Source: Candidatus Poriferihabitaceae bacterium (GTDB taxonomy: Bacteria > Pseudomonadota > Gammaproteobacteria > Arenicellales > Poriferihabitantaceae). From it: a stretch of DNA of 64,000 nt. The stretch covers positions 154,668 to 218,667 of the forward strand of contig OZ243919.1 of NCBI GenBank assembly GCA_965213885.1, in the 5' to 3' direction. A program made the translations under genes and the position numbers. The notes beneath the pieces were generated by a model. The model saw nothing but the letters and a program-made list of their open reading frames with translations. It made no database searches and had not been told where the DNA came from. Of this stretch, positions 21,876 to 31,280 are shown piece after piece (the stretch's first letter is position 1; every line of letters begins with the position of its first letter).

Positions 21876-22718
21876 TTGCCGAAGGAACTCCCTGTTTCGA
21901 TGAAACCCGATCGCTGGAAAGACCCGAAGAACAGGCTGTTCACCTACCAGGTGGGATTCACCTCTCCACCCCATGATTTCGATGCCGCTCCCACCGATTT
22001 CCTGCGCATCAGTGCGGACAACGTGGGGGTGCACGGCCGCATGCTGCACGTTCCGGACTACACCCACGAACTGTCCCAGCGCGTGGACAATTTCCACCTG
22101 CTGGAGGAATTCGTCCATTGCATGTCCAACAACGGGGTGGATGTCTGTGGTCAGGTGGGCACGAACTGGGTGCACTGCCAGGGAACCACTCCGGGAGAAA
22201 TCGACGGAATCTGCCGGCGGATCGGCGACCGGTACGAAACGCCGTTCCACATGGCGGGTTACTGCGTGGTGGAGGCGCTTCGCGACATGGGCGCCCGGCG
22301 GGTCTCGCTGAACTCGGTGTATTACTGGCCCGACTGGCGGGACGGCTATGCGCGTTTCCTGAGGGAGGCCGGATTCGACCTGGCGTACGTGGGCAATTTC
22401 GTTGACCAGGGATTCTTCACCACCCAGCAGGAATGCAACGACTGCACCTGGATATTCGACGGATCGCTGGTGGAGCGATCCATGGCCCATGTCATGGACC
22501 AGGCGCCGGATGTCGATGCCGTCGTGGTCAACGGCATGCCCAATTTCCGTCGCGCCGATGGGGTTCCCCAGCGGATCGTTTCCCTCGACCGGGACCTGGA
22601 AGGCGCCATGGGAAAGCCCATCGTGTCGTCGGACACGGCGCTTTACTGGCGGATCTTCAAATCCCTGGGCACGGCGCCCGTGGGCAGCCACGGCCGACTG
22701 CTGTCCTCCCTGCAGTAA
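21876..22718 (+). CDS. Asp/Glu-racemase-fold protein (maleate isomerase / arylmalonate decarboxylase-like), one-Cys variant
   Basis: Two-lobe layout: ..VCGQVGTNW.., RRVSLNSVYY, FDLAYVG, DAVVVNGMPNF, KPIVSSDTALYW. TTG start in the track; an ATG at 21900 is an alternative. Confidence 0.55.
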   Translation: MPKELPVSMKPDRWKDPKNRLFTYQVGFTSPPHDFDAAPTDFLRISADNVGVHGRMLHVPDYTHELSQRVDNFHLLEEFVHCMSNNGVDVCGQVGTNWVHCQGTTPGEIDGICRRIGDRYETPFHMAGYCVVEALRDMGARRVSLNSVYYWPDWRDGYARFLREAGFDLAYVGNFVDQGFFTTQQECNDCTWIFDGSLVERSMAHVMDQAPDVDAVVVNGMPNFRRADGVPQRIVSLDRDLEGAMGKPIVSSDTALYWRIFKSLGTAPVGSHGRLLSSLQ

Positions 22719-22723
22719 TTCCC

Positions 22724-23464
22724 GTGGGAAGGATCCTGGCGCTCTGGGCCGTTCCGAGGTCCACGTCCACAGCGTTCGAGTGGATGATGCGCATGCGCCG
22801 CGACATGACCTGCTTTCATGAGCCGTTCGGCGAAGCCTGGTACAGGGGTGAGGATGCGCGCTGGCCGCGCAGGAGTCCCGACTGCCGGCCCGTGGCGGGG
22901 CTGAGTTTCGCCGGCGTCTGGCAGGAACTCAAGACCGCGGCGGCAAGCGGACCGGTGTTTTCCAAGGATTTCGCTCATTACGTGTCCCACCTCTGGGACG
23001 ACGATTTCCTGGCTCGATTCAACCACAGTTTCCTCATTCGGGATCCTGCCAAGGTGGTCACGTCGATGTACCGCTACTGGCCCGAGTTCCTGCTGGAAGA
23101 AACCGGGTTCAGTGAGCAGCGTGCACTCTTCGACCGTCTTTGCGACCGTGACGGCAGTCCCCCGGCGGTGATCGACAGCGACGATCTGCTGGAAAATCCC
23201 CGGAGCATGGTGGAGGCCTATTGCGGCACCGTGGGGATACCGTTCATCGAGGACGCCCTGTCCTGGGAGCCGGGTGATCGCGCCGAGGTGAGCTGGTACG
23301 ACGGCGGGTCCTGGCATGCGAACCTGCGTGAATCCGACGGACTGAAGCCCCAGCCGCGCCGTGCCGTTGACATTTCCGACGCCCCGGACCGGATTCGCGC
23401 AATCCATGATGCCGTGTTGCCGCACTATGTGCACCTGCATTCGTTTCGACTGTCGCCGGGCTGA
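22724..23464 (+). CDS. Sulfotransferase-like P-loop protein, paralog A
   Basis: ILALWAVPRSTSTAFEWMM (resembles the PAPS 5'-phosphosulfate-binding loop), FLIRDP..V.TSM. I placed a GTG start 5 nt after the upstream stop, because the N-terminus aligns with paralog B. The track ORF (22433) extends back into the upstream gene. Confidence 0.55.
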   Translation: MGRILALWAVPRSTSTAFEWMMRMRRDMTCFHEPFGEAWYRGEDARWPRRSPDCRPVAGLSFAGVWQELKTAAASGPVFSKDFAHYVSHLWDDDFLARFNHSFLIRDPAKVVTSMYRYWPEFLLEETGFSEQRALFDRLCDRDGSPPAVIDSDDLLENPRSMVEAYCGTVGIPFIEDALSWEPGDRAEVSWYDGGSWHANLRESDGLKPQPRRAVDISDAPDRIRAIHDAVLPHYVHLHSFRLSPG

Positions 23465-23470
23465 TCCAAA

Positions 23471-24238
23471 ATGCCGTCCCCGAACCGAATTCTCGTACTG
23501 TGGGCCACGCCCCGTTCCACTTCCACGGCCTTCGAATGGGCCATGGGAAATCGTGGTGACATGACCTGTTTCCACGAGCCCTACAATGAAGCGTACTACC
23601 AGGGCGAGGACCGGCGGAACGACCGCTATTTCATCGCCGATCCCGGGCTCACCGCCAGGGCCGGCCTCAGCATCAGGTCCGTGCACCGGCATCTCCTTGA
23701 ACTCGCCGGCCATCAACGTGTGTTCGTGAAGGATTTCGCCTATTCCGTCATGCACATGGCCGATGACGCGTTTCTGGACGGGATTCAGCATACCTTTCTG
23801 ATCCGTGATCCGGAGCAGGTGATTACCTCCATGCATGCAAAGTGGCCGGATATTTCCCTCGGTGAGATCGGTTTCGAGGATCTGCACACCCTCTACCGTC
23901 GCGTGGCCGACAGGGAGGGAGCACCTCCCCCGTTGCTGGATTCCGACGAGCTGCTGGACAATCCCGAGGGCGGCATGCGGGCGTATTGCGAGGCGGTGGG
24001 GGTTCCGTATGTCCCGTCGACCACCCGGTGGGAAGGCCGCAAGGAGGAGAATCGGGAAAGGGCACCGACCTGGAATCCGCACGCATACGGTTTCCATGAC
24101 CGGCTGAGGGCGAGCACCGGGCTCGCCCGGCAGAAGCGGGACTATCCCCCGCTGTCCTCCAGCCGGGACATGGTGCGGCTGCATGCAGCCTGCAAGCCGC
24201 ATTACGACGCGCTGTACGAGGTGCGTCTGCGCTTCTGA
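23471..24238 (+). CDS. Sulfotransferase-like P-loop protein, paralog B
   Basis: ILVLWATPRSTSTAFEWAM.., DMTCFHEPYNEAYY, FLIRDPEQVITSM, DSDELLDNPEG..YCEAVGVPY: colinear with paralog A along its full length. Confidence 0.55.
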   Translation: MPSPNRILVLWATPRSTSTAFEWAMGNRGDMTCFHEPYNEAYYQGEDRRNDRYFIADPGLTARAGLSIRSVHRHLLELAGHQRVFVKDFAYSVMHMADDAFLDGIQHTFLIRDPEQVITSMHAKWPDISLGEIGFEDLHTLYRRVADREGAPPPLLDSDELLDNPEGGMRAYCEAVGVPYVPSTTRWEGRKEENRERAPTWNPHAYGFHDRLRASTGLARQKRDYPPLSSSRDMVRLHAACKPHYDALYEVRLRF

Positions 24239-25198
24239 TTGACCCAAGGCGCATGCACGGGCAAGTTACGGGCAACGCAGATTGCTGATCCGTTGAATGG
24301 TGTGAACGTGCCGCCGAACCATGACGACAACCGGCAGGGAATTCTCCTGATCGTGTCGGGCCTGGCCATCGCCGCATTGACCGGTGCGGTCATGAAGCTG
24401 CTGGCCGACGGCATGAGCGTATTCCAGATCACCTGGTTCCGGTTTCTGGGTTTCGCGATCATGATGCTGCCGGTGGTGGCCTGGCGCTTCGGCCGGGCCG
24501 CTTTCCGGCCGGCCCGGCCGAAAATGCAGATTCTGCGCGGATTCACCATGGCCGCCGCCACTGTGGCATTTGTCACCGGAGCCCGTACCGTGGACTACGC
24601 CGATGCCATCGCCATTCTGTACGCCTATCCGTTTCTGCTCACCCTGTTGGCGGTATGGTTTCTGGGCGAGCGTGTCCGCTGGGAGGGATGGGCCGGTATT
24701 TTCGGCGGATTCACCGGGGTGCTTCTGATCATGCGGCCGGACTTCTCCGGCATGGACGCGGGGGTCCTGTACGTGTTCCTGTGCGCCCTCATTGTCAGCA
24801 TCCAGATGACCCTGAACCGGAAGCTGGGCGCGTATTCGCATCCGCTGATCACGTCTTTCTGGGGTGCGGTGGGGGCCACCCTGTTGCTGAGCCCGGTCAT
24901 GGGCGGTGTCTGGCAGGCGGCGGATTCGAGGGAGACGATGCTGATCCTGCTGATGGTGGCCAGCGGGGGGGTCAGCCAGACCCTGATCGTGTTCGCGTTC
25001 GCCAGGACCGAGGCGTCCACCCTGGCGCCATTCACGTATTTCGAGATCGTCGCGGCCGTGGTGATCGGCTATGCCGTTTTCGGCACGATGCCCGGGGTGG
25101 TGTCGTGGACCGGCATCGCATTGATATTCGCCTGCGGTGTCCTGGTGGCGCGATCGCTTTCCCATCCGGCAACGCCCAGGAGACAGCCCAAGATCTGA
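24239..25198 (+). CDS. DMT-superfamily (EamA-like) transporter
   Basis: About 10 predicted TM segments, two EamA-like halves, ..FARTEASTLAPFTYFEIV... The start is uncertain (TTG 24239, GTG about 24302). Confidence 0.8.
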   Translation: MTQGACTGKLRATQIADPLNGVNVPPNHDDNRQGILLIVSGLAIAALTGAVMKLLADGMSVFQITWFRFLGFAIMMLPVVAWRFGRAAFRPARPKMQILRGFTMAAATVAFVTGARTVDYADAIAILYAYPFLLTLLAVWFLGERVRWEGWAGIFGGFTGVLLIMRPDFSGMDAGVLYVFLCALIVSIQMTLNRKLGAYSHPLITSFWGAVGATLLLSPVMGGVWQAADSRETMLILLMVASGGVSQTLIVFAFARTEASTLAPFTYFEIVAAVVIGYAVFGTMPGVVSWTGIALIFACGVLVARSLSHPATPRRQPKI

Positions 25199-25303
25199 GA
25201 TGTCCGGTCATGTATCGGTGCCCGTCATGGGAATGCGGGCCGGCAACACCGGACAGATGCCCTTGCCGGAGGGTCGTGGGCGCGGGAAAGGTGCAGTGCC
25301 CGC

Positions 25304-26155
25304 TTAACCCGGTCCCCGTGGAAACTGCGGCAATTCGTCGCCGATTTCATACCAGTCCGTCCTGTCGTCGACAAAGATGTGGTCCACAGGGACCTGTCCC
25401 GGGTCGTCGTCGAGCGCCCCCAGGGGGATGCTGGCCAGTTTCCGCCCGGTATCGATTCGGGGCAGGCCCGAACCGCAGGTGGTGCAGAAGGCATGGGTGA
25501 AGTATCGGGCGTCGGGCAGCTTGTAGCGTCTCGCATGCTCTTCCCCCTGCAGGAATCTGACGCCCTCCGATGCAGTGAAGCCATTGGTGGTAAAGGCGGC
25601 CGACCTTGCCCGCCGGCAACGGGAGCAATAACAGTTGTGGATCACCCCGAAGGGTGCCGATATCTCGAATGTCACGATGCCGCACAGGCAGCTTCCCCGT
25701 GCGACAACGCCGTCCGGCTTCGGCGGCAACGGCTTGTCCGGGATCACGGGCCCGGGAACGCCGGACGAGTATTCCCCGTGCCGGGGCAGGTCGTCCGTGA
25801 TCTCATGCCAGGGGGCCTTGTGGTCCACGAAGATGTGACAGGATACCGCCGGCCCGTGGTCATGACACCCGGCAGGCACGTGCACGTGCCTGCCGTCGGA
25901 GCCGAATGCCGGCACCAGGGAACCGCAGGTGCAGCAGAATGCCCGCGTGACGCCCGGCGATGACTGGTAACCGGTGATGGAGTGCGGGCCTGCGGTCCAG
26001 CGGAAGCGGTCCGCCGGAACGAAATAGTAGGTCCCGAAAGCGGCGCCGTGGGCCTTGCGGCACATGCGGCAGTGGCAATGACAGGCGAAATCGGGCTTGC
26101 CGGAAAACGTCCAGGTGACTGCACCGCAAAGACAGGTTCCGTGATGGTCGGACAT
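25304..26155 (-). CDS. Protein with two tandem GFA (glutathione-dependent formaldehyde-activating / CENP-V-like) zinc domains
   Basis: Two repeats of the Cys pattern: CLCGAV..CHCHCRMCRK..FCCTCGS and CLCGIV..CYCSRCRR..FCTTCGS. I placed the start at MSDHHG (26155), 5 nt after the MFS stop; the track extension overlaps the MFS gene. Confidence 0.75.
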   Translation of the reverse strand: MSDHHGTCLCGAVTWTFSGKPDFACHCHCRMCRKAHGAAFGTYYFVPADRFRWTAGPHSITGYQSSPGVTRAFCCTCGSLVPAFGSDGRHVHVPAGCHDHGPAVSCHIFVDHKAPWHEITDDLPRHGEYSSGVPGPVIPDKPLPPKPDGVVARGSCLCGIVTFEISAPFGVIHNCYCSRCRRARSAAFTTNGFTASEGVRFLQGEEHARRYKLPDARYFTHAFCTTCGSGLPRIDTGRKLASIPLGALDDDPGQVPVDHIFVDDRTDWYEIGDELPQFPRGPG

Positions 26156-26160
26156 TGCAT

Positions 26161-27537
26161 TCAGCGTGGATCGGAATGTGTTTGGATCATACCCGGTTCC
26201 GGGGAGGATGCATCCTCCTCCTGCATGGGCACCGCCAGTTCGGAGGTCAGGGGCACCTGGGCGCTGACCTGCTGGTAGTGCCCGGCATCCTCCAGTGGCG
26301 TCGGCTCGCGCCGGAAGACCCGGTAGACCACGAACAGGCAATACAGGGCTGCCAGCAGGATCGACATCAGCATGAACACGCGGGTTCCCAGCACCGGAAT
26401 CAGCGCGGTGGCCAGGGCGGGCATGACCAGTGCGGACAGCGACCAGGCCACCAGCATCGTGCTGGACAGGGAGACGTAATATTCCGGGTCGGCACGGTCA
26501 TTGGCATGCGCATTGGCGATGGAGAACACCGATTCCGTGGCACCCGTCCAGATGGCGAAGATGATCACCAGCCAGATGAAGCGGGTGGGGTCCACACCGT
26601 AGCCCAGCGAGGCGGACAGGAGCATCAGGATGCCGGCCGCGATGAGCACATGGCGCCGGTCCATCTTGTCGGACAGCGCCCCCAGTGGATACTGCACCAC
26701 CAGCAGACCGAACTGCATGAGAAAGATCATCAGCCCGACATCCGCCTTGGAATATCCCGCATCGGCGACATAGATCGGAGCGAATCCCTGTAACAGCATG
26801 GTGAGGCCGCCCGCCGCGAACATGCCAACAAAGCCGACCGGCGAGATTTTCCACACGGCCGATACCGCAATGGTGATGGATGTCGGCGGCGGCGGGGTCG
26901 CCAGCCGGGTCAGGCTCACCGGCAACAGCGCCAGGGTGGCGAAGAAGATGCTCGCCAATGGTACCGTGGCGTCATCCAAGGGAAGGAATCGCAGCAGGAA
27001 GCCGCCGCAACCGATGGCAACGACGTAGAGCATGTAAAACAGGGCGATCACTCGGCCGCGCCATTCGTTTTCTGAGGCATCGTTGAGCCAGCTCTGGCTG
27101 ATGATGAACAGTCCGGTGGAGGCGAATCCGTACAGCGCGCGTGCGCAGACCCAAAGGAGCGGGAATGTGCCCAGGGAAATGATCAGCACCGACAGGATGA
27201 CGCAGGCGGTCATGGCGCCGAAGGAGCGGGCATGTCCCACCCTCCGGACTGCCCGGCCGGTGACCAGGCAGGCCAGCAGACCGCCCCCGGCCATGGAGGT
27301 CACCGCCGCGCCGGCCATCCAGGGCGGAAACCCGGACTCCGAGAGCTGTACCGGGATGTAGGCGAACAGCAGGCCGTTCCCCACCGCCAGCAGCGTCATG
27401 GAGAGGATCACGCTGGCGACCGCCAGTGGGGGTGAGGGGGATCTGATTGTCGCTGGCAAGGAGGGATACGCGAGTAAATTCCGCAGAGTGTAACCAAATA
27501 GGCCGGAGGCGCAGCGCCAGTTGACTAAGATCATCAA
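26161..27537 (-). CDS. MFS transporter
   Basis: 12-TM-like hydrophobic profile with an MFS loop (..LSDKMDRRHVL..). The start is not resolved. Confidence 0.8.
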   Translation of the reverse strand: MMILVNWRCASGLFGYTLRNLLAYPSLPATIRSPSPPLAVASVILSMTLLAVGNGLLFAYIPVQLSESGFPPWMAGAAVTSMAGGGLLACLVTGRAVRRVGHARSFGAMTACVILSVLIISLGTFPLLWVCARALYGFASTGLFIISQSWLNDASENEWRGRVIALFYMLYVVAIGCGGFLLRFLPLDDATVPLASIFFATLALLPVSLTRLATPPPPTSITIAVSAVWKISPVGFVGMFAAGGLTMLLQGFAPIYVADAGYSKADVGLMIFLMQFGLLVVQYPLGALSDKMDRRHVLIAAGILMLLSASLGYGVDPTRFIWLVIIFAIWTGATESVFSIANAHANDRADPEYYVSLSSTMLVAWSLSALVMPALATALIPVLGTRVFMLMSILLAALYCLFVVYRVFRREPTPLEDAGHYQQVSAQVPLTSELAVPMQEEDASSPEPGMIQTHSDPR

Positions 27538-27754
27538 TCCACCGGGAAGGCGGGACGGTGGGTGCGCTCCTTAAGGTGCGAGGCGTCCGGTCATGTCGGG
27601 TCCGGGGCAGAGGGAATATGCCGGCTGGCAACGTTCTTGCCGGTCCGCGATGGTGCCGGGCCGGGCCTCGAATCCAGGCAGGGGAGCGGGCCGCGCCCCT
27701 TGCTCAAGAGCGTGGTATCGCACCTCGGCGGTATGGCATAAAATCAGCGACGAC

Positions 27755-28552
27755 ATGGCCGAAGTCCCATACAGAACCATCGACCTTGCCGAGCCGCTGG
27801 AAACGCCCGGTCCCAATGGCCGGATCGGTCTGGTGGCGCTGGCAACGGACCTGTGTGCCGAGTCCGACCTCAGGACCATGCTGCCGGCCGGTGTGGAGCT
27901 GTACACCAACCGCGTGGCCAATGCCAACCCGGTCACCGCGGAGAATCTCCGTGCCATGGCCCCCGACATCGGCCGCGCCGCGGCGGGACTCGTGCCGGAT
28001 GTGACCCTGGATGTCATGATCTACGGCTGCACGTCGGGTACCGCGGTGATCGGTGAGGAGGAGGTCTTTCGACGGATGCGGGAAGCCCGGGGCCCGTTTC
28101 CCTGCACCACACCGGTGACCGCGGCCATCGCGGCCATCCATGCCTGCGAGGCCCGGCGGATTTCCATCCTCACACCCTACGTGGAATCGGTGAACGTGGA
28201 ATTGGCGCGTTACTTTTCGAAACGGGGACTGGAGGTGCTTGGCATTGCCGGTTTCGGCATTGCCAGTGATGCCGACATGACCCGGGTGTCCCTGGAGTCC
28301 ATCTACCGCGCTGCGCTGGCGGCCTGTGCCGACGATGCGGAGCTGCTTTTTATCTCCTGCACCGCGCTCAGGTCCGCCCAGGTTGTAAACCGAATCGAGC
28401 GGGTCCTGGACAGGCCGGTAATCTCCAGCAACCAGGCCCTGGCCTGGCATTCCCTGGAACTGATCGGGCGGACCTACGCGGTAAACGGGTACGGGCGCCT
28501 GTTCTCGCGGCGGATGTCCGCGGCGGTCCGGGCCGCGGTCCGGGCTCCCTGA
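27755..28552 (+). CDS. Asp/Glu/hydantoin-racemase-fold protein (maleate cis-trans isomerase-like), two-Cys type
   Basis: GRIGLVALATD, MIYGCTSGT (Cys 1), RRISILTPY, LLFISCTALRS (Cys 2), PVISSNQALAW. I placed the start at the ATG at 27755. Confidence 0.7.
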   Translation: MAEVPYRTIDLAEPLETPGPNGRIGLVALATDLCAESDLRTMLPAGVELYTNRVANANPVTAENLRAMAPDIGRAAAGLVPDVTLDVMIYGCTSGTAVIGEEEVFRRMREARGPFPCTTPVTAAIAAIHACEARRISILTPYVESVNVELARYFSKRGLEVLGIAGFGIASDADMTRVSLESIYRAALAACADDAELLFISCTALRSAQVVNRIERVLDRPVISSNQALAWHSLELIGRTYAVNGYGRLFSRRMSAAVRAAVRAP

Positions 28553-28685
28553 CCCGCACACGGGCGCCGGATCCTCGGTCACCCCTGACCGTTCCGGAAA
28601 ACACCATGTCGGTTGGACGTCTATACCGCCCATGGGTGCTGCCTATAATCCATCCATGCTGAGTTGATTCCCGGAGGGTTTATCC

Positions 28686-31250
28686 ATGGCCAATTTCCCC
28701 GATCAAGCCAACGTCGTCATCATCGGCCAGGGTGGTATCGTCGGCGCCTCGGTCGCCCATCATCTGGTCGAGAAAGGCTGGGATGACATTGTCGGCGTCG
28801 ACAAGTCTTCCATCCCCACAGATATCGGGTCCACATCCCATGCATCGGACTTCTGCTACCTGACCGCCCATGACAACATGACTTGCTACACCACGAAGTA
28901 CAGCGTGGAATTCTATGACCGGATGGGTCATTACAGCAGGGTCGGCGGCCTGGAGGTGGCCAGGGTGGGCGATGACGAGCGCATGGGGGAACTGAGGCGC
29001 AAGGTGGGCTCCGGAAAATCTTTCGGCACCAATGTGCGCATGATCACGCCCGGGGAGGTGAAGTCACTGTTTCCCCTCATCGAGGAGGACAGGATCCAGG
29101 GCGCCATGTGGGATCCTGATGCGGGGCTGGTGATCCCGCGTTCCCAGACGGTGGCGGGCATTCTGGTGGACAATGCCGCGGCAACGGGGAAACTCAGGCC
29201 CTTCGCCAACACGGCCTGTACCGGGCTCGACATCCAGGATGGGCGTATCCGGGCTGTGCATACCAGCCGGGGTACCATAGAAGCCAACCACGTGGTCGTC
29301 TGTGCGGGTCTCTGGGGGCGGCTGATCGCGCAGATGGCGGGGGAGGACCTGCCGATCATGCCGGTGGACCACCCGCTGACGTTTTTCGGCCCTTTCGATG
29401 AGTTCGCGGGTACCGGCAAGCACATCGGCTACCCGTTGCTCCGGGACCAGGGCAATTCGGCCTATCTGCGCGATACCGGCGATCCCGCCACGCCCGAGGG
29501 CGGCCAGATCGAATGGGGTTATTACGAGGAGAAGAATCCCAGGCTGCTGCATCCCAGGGACCTGCCGGAAAAAGGTGAAACCCACTGGTCGCCTTCCCAG
29601 CGGGACCTCGGGATGGACGATATCCTGGAGCCCCTGGAAAGGGCCATCGAGCTGACTCCCGTTCTCGGTGAACTGGGCTACAAGGATGACCACTCCTTCA
29701 ACGGCCTCCTGCAGGTCACCGCGGACGGGGGCCCCTCCATCGGGGAATCCCCGGATGTGCGTGGCCTGTGGTATGCCGAGGCAGTGTGGGTGAAGGACGC
29801 GCCGGGCGTTGGCAAGGTGCTGGTGGACCTGATGACCGACGGCCTGACCGACGTGGACATCCACGGGATTGACGTGGCCCGTTACTACCCGGTCCAGAAA
29901 ACACCTCCCTACATCCATGAGCGCTGCTACGAAACCGCGTTCAAGATCTACAACCCCGCGGTACACAACCGGGAGCCCTACACCAAGGGACGCAGTCTCA
30001 GACGCAGCCCGTTCTGGCCGCGGGAGCAGGAACTGGGCGGTTACTTCATGGAACTGGCGGGCTGGGAACGCGCGCACGGCTATGCTGCAAACGAGCACCT
30101 CCTGGAAAAGTACGCCGACCAGGTGCCGGCACGCGAACATGAATGGGACAGCCGTCATTTCTGGCGCGTATCCAATGCTGAGCACCTGGAGATGTCGGCA
30201 AATGCCGGCATGTTCAACCTGTCCCATTTCGCGGTCTACGATGTGAGCGGCCCCGACGCCGAGTCGCTGATGGAATACGTTTGCGTGGCCAGGGTGGGGG
30301 GGGACGTGGCCGTCGGGCGGGGCATCTACACCCACTTTCTGGACGCTCGCGGCGGCGTACGGGCCGACCTGACCGTGGTCCGCATGGCAACGGACAGGTA
30401 CCGGGTGATCGACGGTGCGGACGCGGGTCACCGGGATTGCGTGTACCTGAAGCGCATGGCCGAGGACCGCGGGTGGAGGGTATCCATCGAGGACCGAAGC
30501 GATCACATCGCCTGCCTTGGACTCTGGGGACCCAATGCGCGCGGGATGCTCCGGGCCGTGGCCGATCATCCCGGGGAGCTGGAGGCCGACGCGTTCGGAT
30601 TCGCCACCACGAAGGAGCTTACCCTGCGCGGCATACCGGTGATGGCCTTCCGGATTTCCTATGTGGGCGAACAGGGCTGGGAACTGCACGTGCCTTTCAG
30701 CTACGGGCTGTCGCTCTGGGATCTGATCCATGAACAGGGTGCGACGCCGGTGGGCGTTGAAACCTATGCCAACTCCCGTCGCCTTGAAAAGAGCCTGCGC
30801 CTGCAAAACGCCGACCTGCTGACCGAATACAACCTGATCGAGGCGGACCTGGCCCGGCCCAGGGTGAAGGATGCTGACTTCCATGGCAGGGAGGCCCATC
30901 TTGAGCAGCGTGCCAGGGAACATCAGCCGGCCTACCTCTGCACCATGACCATGACCGACAACATCGACAGCAACGGGGTGGCGCGCTACCCCGTGGGAAC
31001 CTGCCCGATCCTGGATCCGGACCGTCGGGAAGTGCTTGTGGATGAACTCGGCCGGCGATCCTATACCACCAGCATCGCCTATGGACCCTCGGTGGGCAAG
31101 AACATCATGCTGGGCTACCTGCCAAGAGAGTACGCCGTGGAGGGGCGGGAACTGGTCATGGAATATTTCGACGAGCCGTACCCCATCAGGGTGGAAGCGG
31201 TGGGCTGCAAGGCACTGTACGACCCCGGGAACCTGCTGCCGCGCAGTTGA
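28686..31250 (+). CDS. FAD-dependent oxidoreductase fused to a GcvT-like aminomethyltransferase domain (dimethylglycine/sarcosine dehydrogenase family)
   Basis: N-terminal VVIIGQGGIVGASVAHHL dinucleotide fold and GSTSHASDF; C-terminal folate-binding GcvT-like part (..ISYVGEQGWELHVP..); 854 aa. Confidence 0.85.
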   Translation: MANFPDQANVVIIGQGGIVGASVAHHLVEKGWDDIVGVDKSSIPTDIGSTSHASDFCYLTAHDNMTCYTTKYSVEFYDRMGHYSRVGGLEVARVGDDERMGELRRKVGSGKSFGTNVRMITPGEVKSLFPLIEEDRIQGAMWDPDAGLVIPRSQTVAGILVDNAAATGKLRPFANTACTGLDIQDGRIRAVHTSRGTIEANHVVVCAGLWGRLIAQMAGEDLPIMPVDHPLTFFGPFDEFAGTGKHIGYPLLRDQGNSAYLRDTGDPATPEGGQIEWGYYEEKNPRLLHPRDLPEKGETHWSPSQRDLGMDDILEPLERAIELTPVLGELGYKDDHSFNGLLQVTADGGPSIGESPDVRGLWYAEAVWVKDAPGVGKVLVDLMTDGLTDVDIHGIDVARYYPVQKTPPYIHERCYETAFKIYNPAVHNREPYTKGRSLRRSPFWPREQELGGYFMELAGWERAHGYAANEHLLEKYADQVPAREHEWDSRHFWRVSNAEHLEMSANAGMFNLSHFAVYDVSGPDAESLMEYVCVARVGGDVAVGRGIYTHFLDARGGVRADLTVVRMATDRYRVIDGADAGHRDCVYLKRMAEDRGWRVSIEDRSDHIACLGLWGPNARGMLRAVADHPGELEADAFGFATTKELTLRGIPVMAFRISYVGEQGWELHVPFSYGLSLWDLIHEQGATPVGVETYANSRRLEKSLRLQNADLLTEYNLIEADLARPRVKDADFHGREAHLEQRAREHQPAYLCTMTMTDNIDSNGVARYPVGTCPILDPDRREVLVDELGRRSYTTSIAYGPSVGKNIMLGYLPREYAVEGRELVMEYFDEPYPIRVEAVGCKALYDPGNLLPRS

Positions 31251-31280
31251 ACGTGAGCGGCGCGGCCGGCGGACTCCCGG

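Noticed and set aside
22433-22723. Upstream extension of the first sulfotransferase-like ORF
   Set aside because: It overlaps the 3' end of the racemase-fold gene in another frame. Homology to the downstream paralog starts only at the GTG at 22724.
29064-30923. 619-aa minus-strand ORF
   Set aside because: It lies antisense to the FAD/GcvT dehydrogenase gene and has no recognisable motifs. The same reasoning applies to 13180-14424, 16812-17798, 3449-4330, 21525-22691, 22643-24247, 51576-53096 and 60407-62287.
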